Shown here: positions 32,392 to 46,168 of the stretch, in pieces | Numbering within the stretch: position 1 is the first letter of the stretch | Layout of the letters: each line of letters starts with the position of its first letter | DNA from: an uncultured Rickettsiales bacterium | GTDB lineage: Bacteria > Myxococcota_A > UBA796 > UBA9615 | DNA: 64,000 nucleotides | Direction: 5' to 3' | Assembly (NCBI GenBank): GCA_964416435.1 | Contig: CAYQEG010000006.1 | Span: 19,216 to 83,215, forward strand | Position numbers and translations under genes: made by a program | The notes under the pieces: model-generated | The model's input: the letters and a program-made list of their open reading frames with translations, nothing else | Told to the model about the DNA's origin: nothing | The model's database searches: none

Positions 32392-34995
32392 TCACGGGAG
32401 GACGACCTCCACCTGGCCGACGTTGCCCCACCCGTCGTCGATCTCCAGGGTGTGCGAGCCGCTGTCGAGGCCGGAGACGTCGACGGTCAGCGCGGTCGCG
32501 TCGCCCACGTCCTCCAGGCCCGCCGGGGCGGAGCCGTCGACGAGCACGCCGTCGGGGCCGGGCACCAACGGCGTGGCCGTCCGGGGGTCCGACAGGGGGT
32601 GGATGAGGCGCCAGCCGCGAGGCGTCGCCGAGTAGCTGACGGTCAGCGTGAGGGTCGTCCCGTCCAGCGAAGAGCCGATGCTCAGGGGCGCGGGCACCAC
32701 CTCGAACGGCTCGCTGACGCTCTCCCAGGGGATGGTGTCGTAGGGGTAGTCGCCGTCGGCCGGGTCGCGGCTCGCGCCGCTCGCCGCGAAGCGATAGGTG
32801 CCCAGCGGCATCCCCGGGGCGTCCGCCAGGTCGTCCCAGGTGTCGAGCGCCTGCCACTCGGCGACGTAGCGGTGCTCACGAACCGGGTCGAGCTCGACGT
32901 CGGTGCCGGTCAGCGGCTCGGGGGTGTAGGTCATCAGGATGTCGGGGAGCGCGTCGGTGATCGGGTTCCCCGAGGGGGTCACCACGGGCGCCCAGGAGCC
33001 GTCGTCGGCCTCCCGCTGCAGCTCCACCCGCACCATGGTGGTGGCGGGGTCGTTGCCCACGAACAGCCACGACGCAACGCCGCTGAGCCGCGGCACCTCG
33101 GCCGCCGGGTGGGCGGTCTGGGGCATCACGCCGTCGAACGTGTACAGGTAGGGCGGCACCTCGTCGGGTGTGGTCCCGGCCTCGGGGGTGGCGTCGGGCT
33201 CGACGAAGGGGGTCTCCCAGTCGGGGTACCAGGTCTCGGTCGGGTAGTCGGGGTAGGCGGGGTCCTCCGCGACCGGGGACGCGGCCAGGGCTTCGACCTC
33301 GAGCAGGCGCTCGAGCAGGTACTCGCCCTGCAACGGCCCCCACCACGTGATCGCCGGTTCGTAGCCGGCTTGCAGCCAGTCCTCGACCGTCAAGAGGTAG
33401 CCTTCGTGGTCCATCGCGTAGCCGATGACGATCGTCTCGGCGACGCCCTGCTCGATGCGCGCGCGGTGACGCAGGAACTGGGTCCACAGGGTGGTCGCCT
33501 CGCCCGGCGCGAACGCGATGACGACATCCTCGACCACCGTCCCGGCGTCCATCCGGGTGACCGGCACGTCGTGCATGCCCAGCGCGCCGAGCAGCGACGT
33601 GCGGGCCTCGGGCAGCGGCAGCGGGTAGTCGTCCCGGCTCTCCACGTACTCGGTGAAGGCGATGCTGAACAGCGCGTAGCCCAGGTCCAGGTCGAGGCAG
33701 GAGCTGTACATCGGCAGGTCGACGTCGAGGCCGAAGATCGCGATGTCGATCTCCCGTTCGCCGCACAGCGCGGCCCCGTACTGGGACCAGAACTCGTCGA
33801 TCGGGCTGGCGACGGTGCCGTCGTCGTTCCAGACGCGCATGTCGGGGCGGTAGCCGCCGTCGGCCCACGCGGGATCCCACGGCAGGTAGCGCAGGTCGGT
33901 GGTGCCGTTGCGGGTCACGGTGATGTCCCGACCCTGCCGCACGTACCGCTGCACCGGGTCGAGCAGGATCGGCTCCGACGTCAGCTCGATGGTGTCGTAC
34001 AGCTCCAGCAGCCGCTCCGCCGCCGCCTCGCCGATGTACTCCATGCGCGCGAACTGGCCGAACCGTCCGGCGGGGCTGACGTCGCCGCCGGCGCCCTGGG
34101 CGAAGACCCAGCGGGGGCCGCCGTGCCGCTCGTTGAGCAGCACCGAGAGGTGGCCCGCCGCCTCCGACGAGATCATGGGGCTGTCGCCGCCCATGATCGT
34201 GCCGTGGATGCCGAAGGCGAAGAGCGCCGCGATGGGCTCGCCGCTGACCGCGTCGACGCGGATCATCGTGGTCCGGGCGTCCTTCCAGCCCGGTCCGGTG
34301 ACGGCCCCGTCCACGCCGGGCAGATCGTCGTTCTCCTCCCGGCGGTCCCGGAAGATGGTGTCCTCGCCGATGGGGTCGAACTGCTCGTCGATCCCGATGC
34401 CGATGGCGGCCGGCTGCAGCTCGTCGTGGGCCTGCAGGGCGAGGGCGACGACCTGCTCGACGATCCGGTCGTGGATCTCCTGGCGGAAGAAGTCCCCGCC
34501 GAAGAACAACATCATCGCCTTGGTGAACGGCCCGTAGCTGCTGTGGCTGTGGCTGGTGAACGTGAAGACGGAGTCGGTGAGGTCGCGCCCGACCTGGTCG
34601 GTCAGCGCCTCTCCGATCGCCTCGGTCATGCCGTCGAAGCTGTAGATGAGGTCGAGACGAACGAGGACGGCGTCCTGCTCGCCCGCGCTCAGCCAGACGA
34701 CATCGAGAGGGATGCGGGTCTGCCAACCGCCCGACGGCACGAAGTCGGTGCGGTAGTCGCTGTCCCGGTTGTCCGGGCCGTCGTCGCTCCCAAGCGCCCG
34801 GTCCCGACCGGTGTACCCGCCCATCGGTGTGCCGACGGGCAGGTCGAGGGTGGAGCCGGCCGCCGCGGCCTGGAGCTCACCGGCGCTCAGCGGCGGCCAC
34901 TCGACGGCGGGCGGCTCGCCGTCGGCGGGGCAGCCCGCGAACAGGAGCAGCCCCGCAGCGAGCGAGAGGATCAGACCGAAACGGGACATGCTCAA
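32392..34995 (-). CDS. lipoprotein with neutral/alkaline ceramidase-like catalytic domain
   Basis: Lipobox LLLFAGC. GGDVSPAGRFG matches the neutral-ceramidase GDVSPN signature, and an HSHSSYGP metal-site-like motif is present. The 867-aa protein has a long C-terminal beta-rich region. Confidence 0.6.
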   Translation of the reverse strand: MSMSRFGLILSLAAGLLLFAGCPADGEPPAVEWPPLSAGELQAAAAGSTLDLPVGTPMGGYTGRDRALGSDDGPDNRDSDYRTDFVPSGGWQTRIPLDVVWLSAGEQDAVLVRLDLIYSFDGMTEAIGEALTDQVGRDLTDSVFTFTSHSHSSYGPFTKAMMLFFGGDFFRQEIHDRIVEQVVALALQAHDELQPAAIGIGIDEQFDPIGEDTIFRDRREENDDLPGVDGAVTGPGWKDARTTMIRVDAVSGEPIAALFAFGIHGTIMGGDSPMISSEAAGHLSVLLNERHGGPRWVFAQGAGGDVSPAGRFGQFARMEYIGEAAAERLLELYDTIELTSEPILLDPVQRYVRQGRDITVTRNGTTDLRYLPWDPAWADGGYRPDMRVWNDDGTVASPIDEFWSQYGAALCGEREIDIAIFGLDVDLPMYSSCLDLDLGYALFSIAFTEYVESRDDYPLPLPEARTSLLGALGMHDVPVTRMDAGTVVEDVVIAFAPGEATTLWTQFLRHRARIEQGVAETIVIGYAMDHEGYLLTVEDWLQAGYEPAITWWGPLQGEYLLERLLEVEALAASPVAEDPAYPDYPTETWYPDWETPFVEPDATPEAGTTPDEVPPYLYTFDGVMPQTAHPAAEVPRLSGVASWLFVGNDPATTMVRVELQREADDGSWAPVVTPSGNPITDALPDILMTYTPEPLTGTDVELDPVREHRYVAEWQALDTWDDLADAPGMPLGTYRFAASGASRDPADGDYPYDTIPWESVSEPFEVVPAPLSIGSSLDGTTLTLTVSYSATPRGWRLIHPLSDPRTATPLVPGPDGVLVDGSAPAGLEDVGDATALTVDVSGLDSGSHTLEIDDGWGNVGQVEVVLP

Positions 34996-35027
34996 ACTCC
35001 GCGACCGGGGTCCGGCGGCACCCTACC

Positions 35028-36227
35028 TCAGCCCCCGGCGCTCGCGGCGGGCAGCATCGCCAGCACCCGGTCGAGCACGGCGTCCGCGACGGCCCCCTTG
35101 CTCATGCGCGGCAGCGGTGTCGCGATCCCGTCCCGCCCGATGAGGGTCACCACGTTGGTCGCGGTGGCGAAGCCCGCCCCCTCGACCCCCAGGTCGTTCG
35201 CGACGATCAGGTCGAGGTTCTTGCGCTCGAGCTTCGCTTTCGCTTTTGCGGCTAGATCACTGGTTTCCATGGCAAATCCGACGAGGACCCGCCTGCCCTT
35301 GTCCGCGCCGAGGCCGGCCAGGATGTCCGTCGTACGCACCAGCTCCAGGGTCAGCGGACCGTCGGTCTTCGCCCGCTTCCCGGTCGCCACCTCGGCCGGC
35401 GTGTAGTCAGCGACGGCCGCGGCCATCACGACCACGTCGGCGTCGGCGGCGGCGGCCTGGACGGCGGTCGCCATGTCGGCGGCGGAGACCACGGGGACGC
35501 ACGTCACCCCGGCCGGCGAAGGCTCGGCGGTGGGCCCGCACACCAGGGTCACGTCGGCGCCCCGGCGGGCGGCGGCGGCCGCGACCGCGATGCCCATCCG
35601 GCCGGTGCTCGGGTTGGACAGGTACCGCACCGCATCGACGTGCTCCCGGGTGGGCCCGGCGCTCACGACCATCCGGCGACCCGCGAGGTCCTGGGAGGCG
35701 CAGGCGCCGAGCAGCGCCTCGAAGGCGACGTCGGGCTCCGGCAGCCGACCGGTCCCGATCTCCCCGTTGGCGAGCTCCCCGGTGACCGGGGGGAGGACGC
35801 GGATGCCGGTCTCCAGGAGCACGTCGACCGCGCGCAGGTGGCGCGGGTTCGTGGCCATCCTCGAGTGCATCGCCGGACAGACCAGCACCGGCCCGTCGAA
35901 GCAGGCGACGGTCAGCTTGAGCAGGTCGTCGGTGAGGTTGGCGGCGACGCCGCCGACGAAGTTCGCGGTCGCCGGGTACACGATCGCCGCGTCCGCCCAG
36001 TCGGCGAGGTCGACGTGCAGCTCACCGCCCTCGGTGCGGTCCAGGGCCCAGACGTTTCGCTGGACGGGGTGGCCACTGAGGGCGTGGAAGGTCGCCTCCC
36101 CGACGAACCGCGCGGCGGACTCGGTCAGCACCACGCGCACGTCGTGCCCGGACTTGCGGAGCAGCCGCAGCAGCAGGACCGCCTTGAAGGCGCCGACGCC
36201 GCCGGTGACCCCGAGGAGGACGTTCAT
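35028..36227 (-). CDS. coaBC: bifunctional phosphopantothenoylcysteine decarboxylase / phosphopantothenate--cysteine ligase
   Basis: N-terminal flavoprotein (LLGVTGGVGAFKAV) and C-terminal CoaB (VSAGPTREHVDAVRYLSNPSTGRMG). Confidence 0.9.
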   Translation of the reverse strand: MNVLLGVTGGVGAFKAVLLLRLLRKSGHDVRVVLTESAARFVGEATFHALSGHPVQRNVWALDRTEGGELHVDLADWADAAIVYPATANFVGGVAANLTDDLLKLTVACFDGPVLVCPAMHSRMATNPRHLRAVDVLLETGIRVLPPVTGELANGEIGTGRLPEPDVAFEALLGACASQDLAGRRMVVSAGPTREHVDAVRYLSNPSTGRMGIAVAAAAARRGADVTLVCGPTAEPSPAGVTCVPVVSAADMATAVQAAAADADVVVMAAAVADYTPAEVATGKRAKTDGPLTLELVRTTDILAGLGADKGRRVLVGFAMETSDLAAKAKAKLERKNLDLIVANDLGVEGAGFATATNVVTLIGRDGIATPLPRMSKGAVADAVLDRVLAMLPAASAGG

Positions 36228-36233
36228 CTGCGC

Positions 36234-36854
36234 TCAGAAGAGGTCGACACTCCCCTGCCCTTCTCGGAGGATCTCGAACGGGTTGCTCGTCAGATCCACC
36301 ACCGTCGTGGGGTTTTCGATGCCGAGGCCCCCGTCGACCACCGCGTCCAGTCGCTGCGCGAAGTGCGCCTCGATCAGCCGCGGGTCGATGACGAACACCT
36401 CGTTGCCGTCCTCATCCTCCGCCCGGACGGACGCGCAGACCAGCGGGCGGCCCAACTCTTCGGCAAGTCGACGCGGGATCTCGGCCGCCGGCACCCGGAT
36501 GCCGATGGTGCGCCGCTTCTTGTGCATGCGCTTGGGGATCTCCCGACCGGCCTCGAGGATGAAGGTGTAGGGCCCCGGGAGGAACCGCTTGAGGGTCCGG
36601 TACGCCAGGGTGCTGACGTAGCCGGTGTACTTCCCGATCTGGTCGGCCTCGTGGAGGATGATCGAGAGGGGGTGGCTGCGGGGGCTCTGCTTGAGGTCGT
36701 AGAGGCGGTCGATGGCCTTGTGACAGTTCAAGTCACACGCGAAGGCGTAGCCCGAATCCGTAGGCAACGCGAGCACCCCGCCATCCCGCAGCACGGTGAC
36801 AGCGCGGTGGACCTGCCTCCCCTGGGAGGCCCACTCGTCCAGTTCGATCCGCAA
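36234..36854 (-). CDS. tsaC: L-threonylcarbamoyladenylate synthase (YrdC/TsaC family)
   Basis: LPTDSGYAFACD...KxR blocks in a 206-aa protein. Confidence 0.85.
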   Translation of the reverse strand: MRIELDEWASQGRQVHRAVTVLRDGGVLALPTDSGYAFACDLNCHKAIDRLYDLKQSPRSHPLSIILHEADQIGKYTGYVSTLAYRTLKRFLPGPYTFILEAGREIPKRMHKKRRTIGIRVPAAEIPRRLAEELGRPLVCASVRAEDEDGNEVFVIDPRLIEAHFAQRLDAVVDGGLGIENPTTVVDLTSNPFEILREGQGSVDLF

Positions 36855-36872
36855 GGAGGTGCCTCGTCGCCG

Positions 36873-37973
<1,101 letters not shown>

Positions 37974-38092
37974 CTCCGCAGAGTTTCTTGGCGATGGGGG
38001 TCGTCCGCTTGAGCGCGGAGCGGCGGGACCCTACCATCTAAGTGGTGGTGCGGACAGTCGTCACCTCCAGCCTCACGCCCGAACGAACGACG

Positions 38093-40939
38093 ATGCCCAG
38101 ACCTCGCGCGCTGCTCCTCGCGGCGCTGCCCATCGCGCTCTTGATCCTCGCCCCCCCCACCGCCGGGGCGGGCGACGATCCGTTGCCGTTGGCGCCCGGG
38201 GCGCCGACCGTGGACGCGCTGCCGGGCGGCGACCTGGATCGGGCCGTGGAGCTGTTCGGGAGGGGCGAGCTCCGGGCCGCCCGATACGAGCTCGAGGGCC
38301 TCCTCGCCCGGCGGCGCGGGGTGGGCGCCTCCACCCGGGTCCGGGCCCGCTTCCTGCTCGGTTGGATCCATGCGCAGCTCGGCAATCATCAGCTGGCGTC
38401 GGCGAGCTTCTACCGGGTGCGCAAGCTGGACGAGCACCCGCTCAAGGAGCCGGCCGCCTTCTTCGAGGCGCGCGCCGACCTGAACCGGGGTCACCCGCGC
38501 ACCTCCATCGCCGAGTGTGGGACGTACCGGGAGACCTGGCCCGAGGGCTCGTGGTTCGACGAGTGCCTGCTCGTGGAGGCGGACTCCCACGTGGCGCTCG
38601 GCAACCACCGCACCGCGATCGACATGTACGAGGACTTCCTCGAGAGCCACCCTGACGATCAGCGCAGCGAGACGATCCAGCTGAGGATCGCCCAGGCGCT
38701 CGAGGGCGCCGGCAAGCACGAGGCGGCCGCCCGGCGGTACAGGGCGCTGTACATCAGCCACCGGCTGCCGATGACCGCGCGGCTCGCCACCGAAGGCCTC
38801 GAGCGGGTCCGGGCTGCTGGCGTGGAGGTCGCCGACGTCTCCGAGCGGCAGCTGTACGCCCGGGCGTGCTCCCTGCGCGAAGCGGGGCAGTTCGACGAGA
38901 GCTGGGGGCTGTACTGCGAGCTGCTGGACCGCGCCGAGGCGGCGGCCGAGGGCGCCGAGGCGGACCCCGACGCCGCCGACGCCGGGGCGACGACCGAGCC
39001 CCCGGTCGATCCCGACGCGATCGAGGGCGACGCATCGCTGCAGGGGCTGCTGCGAGCGGAGCGGCACGAGTTCCTGTGGCGCAATCGACGATTTTCGGAG
39101 GTGGGGGACGAGCGCGCGTGGGCCTACCAGCGCGCCCCCGACGCCTCCGGCGCGGCCGAGCACCTCTACTGGGCGGTCCAGGGCTACGCCAAGGCCGGCC
39201 GCTGGGACGACGCCGTCAAGTGGCAGGAGGTGGGCCTCGAGCGCTTCCCCCGCTCCCGCAGGTTCGCCCGCACCTGGGAGCGCAGCAGCAAGATCTACGC
39301 GGCCGCCGGTGAGTTCACGAAGGCCCGCGAGGCGACCCTGGAGTGGCACCGACACAGCTCCCGCGCGCGACGGAGCAGCAAGGGCCGCTTCTTCGCCGCC
39401 TACTACGCGTACCGCGCCAAGGACTACGAGACTGCGGCCGAGGAGCTGTCCGAGCTCGCCTCGGGGCGCTCCCGCTACCGGGTCGGGGCGCTGTACTGGC
39501 GCAACCGGACGTACCAGCGGCTCAAGCGATGGAGGGAGGCCCGGGACGATCGCCGACAGGTGATCGAAGAGGCGCCCGACGGCTGGTACGCCACCGTCAT
39601 CCGCAGCGAGCAGCGCCGCAAGGAGTCCGACCCGGCGACGATGGCCCTCGCGCGGGACGGGCGGTGGCCCGGTCGCTCGCGTCGGGAGATGGAGTTGCCG
39701 GCCGCCCCGGCGTCGACCGCCCTGGCGGACGCGGTCGCCCGGGCCTGGGCCGTGCCCCGCGCCGGCACCCGCGCGCCGGACGCCGCCCTGCCGGTCGAGC
39801 GGGACAGCGACGGGCGGCCGGTCGTCCGTCCGCCGTTCGACGGGTGGTCGCGCCTGGAGAGCCTGCTCTCGGAGGAGGAGGCGGCCGAGGCGGCTGTCGC
39901 GTCCGGCGAAGCACCGGGGGAAGCCGGGCCGAGCGCCGAGGACCCGGTGGCGACCCGCCGCTCCGTGGAGCTGGGCGCGCTGACGGTTCCGCCCGTGTGG
40001 GAGCGCGGCGAGCACTACGACCCCGAGCGGGGCCGCAAGCTGTGGGCCGACTTCTCGGAGACCAACGCCGAACACTGGCCTCAGCTGCCGATGGCCTACG
40101 AGCTCAGCCGGTGCGGGCTGGGCGAGCTCGCGGGCCCGATCCTGGCGCGCGTCTACGAGGAGGTGCGGGACGTGCGCCGCAGCAGTCGCCGGCGCTCCCG
40201 GGTCGCGCGTTGGCGCTCCCGCGGCGGCGAGGGCGACCCCCAGATGGCCCGCTGGGCGGCGATCCTCGACATGGAGTTCAGGGCGTGGGAGTGGCGGGAG
40301 ATGTTCGCCGCCGCCGGCTACCCCGCGTCGGTGAGCGCCTTCTCGCTCGACAGCGTGAGCCTCGGTCGCATGGACCGGAGCAGCGACGAGGGCCGCGCGG
40401 CCTGGACGCTGCGGTTCCCGGCGGCCTACTCCCCCCACGTCTGGCAGGCCTCCTGGGAGCACGACGTCGACCCGCTGCTGCTGCTGTCGTTGATGCGGGC
40501 GGAGAGCCTCTACAAGCACGACGCGGTCTCGCGCGCGGGCGCCCTGGGGCTCATCCAGGTGATGCCGACGACCGGCAACAAGGTCGCGGCCCTGATGGGG
40601 GACGAGGACTTCCGCGTCGATCGGCTGCTCGAGCCGGCGGTCAACATCCGCCTCGGAGCCTTCTACCTCGGCCGCCTGATGGACCGGTTCGAGGGCCAGT
40701 TCCCGCTCGCCGTCGGCAGCTACAACGGCGGCCCCCACAACGTCGGACGCTGGCTGCGGCCCAAGGTCGGCATCCCGTTCCCGGAGATGGTCGAGGAGAT
40801 CCAGTTCGACGAGACCCGCAACTACATCAAGCGAGTGGTCGAGTACTACACCGTGTATGCCGAGCTGTACGGGCAGGGCGGCTGGGTCCTGCTGCCCGAG
40901 GAGACGCTGCAGGACGACCCCTCGGTGATCAACTTCTGA
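38093..40939 (+). CDS. soluble lytic murein transglycosylase (TPR-like superhelical N-domain plus SLT domain)
   Basis: A signal peptide MPRPRALLLAALPIALLILAPPTAGAG is followed by the C-terminal SLT catalytic block LLLSLMRAESLYKHDAVSRAGALGLIQVMPTTG...YNGGPHNV. It starts at the internal ATG 38093. Confidence 0.85.
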   Translation: MPRPRALLLAALPIALLILAPPTAGAGDDPLPLAPGAPTVDALPGGDLDRAVELFGRGELRAARYELEGLLARRRGVGASTRVRARFLLGWIHAQLGNHQLASASFYRVRKLDEHPLKEPAAFFEARADLNRGHPRTSIAECGTYRETWPEGSWFDECLLVEADSHVALGNHRTAIDMYEDFLESHPDDQRSETIQLRIAQALEGAGKHEAAARRYRALYISHRLPMTARLATEGLERVRAAGVEVADVSERQLYARACSLREAGQFDESWGLYCELLDRAEAAAEGAEADPDAADAGATTEPPVDPDAIEGDASLQGLLRAERHEFLWRNRRFSEVGDERAWAYQRAPDASGAAEHLYWAVQGYAKAGRWDDAVKWQEVGLERFPRSRRFARTWERSSKIYAAAGEFTKAREATLEWHRHSSRARRSSKGRFFAAYYAYRAKDYETAAEELSELASGRSRYRVGALYWRNRTYQRLKRWREARDDRRQVIEEAPDGWYATVIRSEQRRKESDPATMALARDGRWPGRSRREMELPAAPASTALADAVARAWAVPRAGTRAPDAALPVERDSDGRPVVRPPFDGWSRLESLLSEEEAAEAAVASGEAPGEAGPSAEDPVATRRSVELGALTVPPVWERGEHYDPERGRKLWADFSETNAEHWPQLPMAYELSRCGLGELAGPILARVYEEVRDVRRSSRRRSRVARWRSRGGEGDPQMARWAAILDMEFRAWEWREMFAAAGYPASVSAFSLDSVSLGRMDRSSDEGRAAWTLRFPAAYSPHVWQASWEHDVDPLLLLSLMRAESLYKHDAVSRAGALGLIQVMPTTGNKVAALMGDEDFRVDRLLEPAVNIRLGAFYLGRLMDRFEGQFPLAVGSYNGGPHNVGRWLRPKVGIPFPEMVEEIQFDETRNYIKRVVEYYTVYAELYGQGGWVLLPEETLQDDPSVINF

Positions 40940-40984
40940 GCCGGCCCTCCGGGTCCGCTCTCCGATGCTAGGTTCCCGCCGCAG

Positions 40985-42184
40985 ATGAGCCGCCGACTCC
41001 TCCTGTTCGCCCCGCTGCTGTTGTTGGTCTCCCTGTCCCTGGCGCTCGCCGGCGACGACGAGGCCGAACCCCTCCCCGAGCCGGTGTTGCCGACGACCGA
41101 GCCGCCCCTGTTCCCGGCGGATCGGTCGCCGATCCCGGTGCAGGAGGTGCCGGCCCCCCTGCCCTCCCTGTCGGCCCAGGCGTGCAACGCCTGCCACAGC
41201 GAAATCCACGACCAGTGGGCCGCCTCGGGACACGCCCGCGCGTCGACCAACCCCACCTACCTGGCCTCCCGCGCCGCCCTCGGCGAGCCCCCCCTGTGCG
41301 ACGACTGCCACCTCCCCCTGGAGGTCCAGCGACCCCGGCTGGTGCGGGGGCCGGGAGGCGGCCGGGTCATCAATCCGTCCTACGACCCCACGCTGATGCT
41401 GGAGGGCGTGACCTGCGCCGCCTGCCACGTACGCGACGGCGAGATCGTCGGCCCCCGAGCCCTCGCGGTCGGCCAGGCGCCCCACCCCGTGCGCGCGACC
41501 CGGGCGATCAGCACGCCGGAGGCCTGCGCGGCGTGCCACCAGGTGAACCTCCACGAGGACGGGCCCGGCTTCATGGACACCCTGGCGGAGTGGGAGCGCT
41601 CCCCCTTCGGTCAGGCCGGCGTGAGCTGCCAGCAATGCCACATGCCACGCGTCAGCGGGGTGATCGCCGGCTCCCGGTACGCCGCGTTCGCGTCTCACGC
41701 CTGGACGGGGAACAAGTCCTCTGACGCCCTGGCGCGGGCGTTGACGCTGCAGGTGACCCTCCGGTCTCCCGAGATCCAGCGGGGCGAGTCCCTGCGGGCG
41801 ACCGCGACGCTGATGAACACCGGGGCCGGGCACTCGGTGCCGACGGGCGATCCGTCCCACAAGCTCGAGCTCTCGTTCACGGTCGAAGACGCCGCCGGCG
41901 AGCTCCCCCGGGACGCCGAGGCGGCCTCTACCTGGTTCGGCCGGGAGCTGGAGCCCGAGCCACCGTTCGTCGAGCTCAGCGACGACCGACTGGCCCCCGG
42001 GGGGCAGCGGCAGGTCGACTACGCCTACTCGGCCCACAAGAAGAGCGCCCCGGGCCGCTACACGCTGGTCGTGACCGTCACCTGGTGGGCGGTCGGGCCG
42101 GACCAGGCCGGAGCCCTCGGCCTGGATCCCGACTCGGTGCGCGTGGAGCTCGCGCAGCAGCGTATCCCGTTCGACGTCAACTGA
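40985..42184 (+). CDS. secreted pentaheme c-type cytochrome
   Basis: A signal peptide is followed by five CxxCH motifs (CNACH, CDDCH, CAACH, CAACH, CQQCH). Confidence 0.75.
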   Translation: MSRRLLLFAPLLLLVSLSLALAGDDEAEPLPEPVLPTTEPPLFPADRSPIPVQEVPAPLPSLSAQACNACHSEIHDQWAASGHARASTNPTYLASRAALGEPPLCDDCHLPLEVQRPRLVRGPGGGRVINPSYDPTLMLEGVTCAACHVRDGEIVGPRALAVGQAPHPVRATRAISTPEACAACHQVNLHEDGPGFMDTLAEWERSPFGQAGVSCQQCHMPRVSGVIAGSRYAAFASHAWTGNKSSDALARALTLQVTLRSPEIQRGESLRATATLMNTGAGHSVPTGDPSHKLELSFTVEDAAGELPRDAEAASTWFGRELEPEPPFVELSDDRLAPGGQRQVDYAYSAHKKSAPGRYTLVVTVTWWAVGPDQAGALGLDPDSVRVELAQQRIPFDVN

Positions 42185-42516
42185 TGGCGGAGCAGTCGTT
42201 CCCGCGTCGGGTGTGGGCGGTCGTCCGTACGGTGCCCGAGGGCGCGGTCACGACGTATGGCGACGTCGCCACCGTGCTCGGCAACCCGCGCCTGGCCCGG
42301 CAGGTCGGCTGGGCGCTCTCGGCCCTCCCCGAAGACTCCGACGTGCCCTGGCAGCGGGTCATCAATGCCCAGGGAGCGATCAGCTTCCGCGGCGAATTCG
42401 ACCGCGGCGAGGAGCAGCGACAGCGCCTCATCGCCGAGGGGGTTCGATTCGGTGAGGACGGTCGGTGCGACCTGCGGACCTACCGCTGGGACTATCCGGA
42501 CCTCCGCCCTGATTGA
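42184..42516 (+). CDS. MGMT-family DNA-binding protein (Atl/YbaZ-like alkyltransferase-like, no obvious PCHR active site)
   Basis: It starts at the internal ATG 42184, which overlaps the cytochrome stop by 1 nt. MAEQSFPRRVWAVVRTVPEGAVTTYGDVATVLGNPRLARQVGWALSAL...PWQRVINAQGAIS is the MGMT C-terminal domain fold. No Cys in the PCHR position was seen. Confidence 0.7.
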   Translation: MAEQSFPRRVWAVVRTVPEGAVTTYGDVATVLGNPRLARQVGWALSALPEDSDVPWQRVINAQGAISFRGEFDRGEEQRQRLIAEGVRFGEDGRCDLRTYRWDYPDLRPD

Positions 42517-42604
42517 CCGGCCCGGCCGCACCCGCTAGAAACCGCCCGCTTCGACCCCTCCGCGCTCTGCGGAGGCCGTCTACACCCCGTTTCGGAGATC
42601 TCCC

Positions 42605-43354
42605 ATGGAGCTGGAAGGCAGCAAGGCCCTCGTCACCGGTGGCTCCCGCGGCATCGGCCGCGGCATCGCGCTGGAGCTGGCGCGTCGCGGCGCCGACGTC
42701 GCAATCAACTACAACCGCAGCGAAGGCCCGGCCCTGGAGGTCGTCCAGGAGATCGAGAAGCTCGGCCGCAAGGGCTTCGCCATCCAGGCGGACGTGTCCG
42801 ACTTCGCGTCGGCCGGCGCGCTGGTGAAGCAGGCGGTGTCCGATCTCGGCGGCCTCAACGTGCTGGTCAACAACGCCGGCATCACCCGGGACAAGCTGTT
42901 GATGGTGATGAAGGAGGACGACTGGCAGTCGGTCATCCAGACCAACCTGTCCGGCGTCTACAACGTCACGCAGCAGGCGACCCGTTCGCTCCTGCGGAAC
43001 CGGGACACCGGCGCCCGGGTCGTGAACATCACGTCCGTGTCCGGCATGGTCGGCGTCCCCGGGCAGGCCAACTACAGCGCCGCCAAGGCGGGCATCATCG
43101 GCTTCACCAAGGCCGTCGCGAAGGAGCTGAGCAAGCGCCAGATCCTCGTCAACGCGGTCGCTCCCGGCTTCATCGAGACCGACATGACCGACGACCTCAA
43201 CAGCACGATGCTGGGCGAGGCGATCAAGATGGTGCCCGTCGGCCGCATCGGCCAGGTGCAGGAGATCGCGGATGTGGTCGCGTTCCTGTGCGGACCCGGA
43301 GCCAGCTACATCTCCGGACAGACGATCGTCGTCGACGGCGGTCTGACGATGTAG
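42605..43354 (+). CDS. fabG: 3-oxoacyl-[ACP] reductase
   Basis: [17 protein letters not shown], and the catalytic S...YSAAKAG triad in a 249-aa protein. Confidence 0.9.
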   Translation: MELEGSKALVTGGSRGIGRGIALELARRGADVAINYNRSEGPALEVVQEIEKLGRKGFAIQADVSDFASAGALVKQAVSDLGGLNVLVNNAGITRDKLLMVMKEDDWQSVIQTNLSGVYNVTQQATRSLLRNRDTGARVVNITSVSGMVGVPGQANYSAAKAGIIGFTKAVAKELSKRQILVNAVAPGFIETDMTDDLNSTMLGEAIKMVPVGRIGQVQEIADVVAFLCGPGASYISGQTIVVDGGLTM

Positions 43355-43402
43355 CGATTCGTGGCGGCGCGGCGGGTGGGTGGCCCGCCCGCCTGCCGCG
43401 GC

Positions 43403-46087
<2,685 letters not shown>

Positions 46088-46141
46088 CGGGTCAGGCGTC
46101 CTCCGGTCCCCTCGCGACTTCAAGGCGCGGTGAGAAATCAG

Positions 46142-46168
46142 ATTCTATAGAGATTGGGGACACTTCAA
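46142..46168 (-). promoter_or_regulatory. candidate sigma70-like promoter for the Hsp70-PilZ gene (TTGAAG -35, 15-nt spacer, TAGAAT -10) in a local AT-richer island overlapping the purF stop
   Basis: The minus-strand sequence reads ttgaagtgtccccaatctctatagaatctg. The spacer is shorter than the optimum, so this is speculative. Confidence 0.2.
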
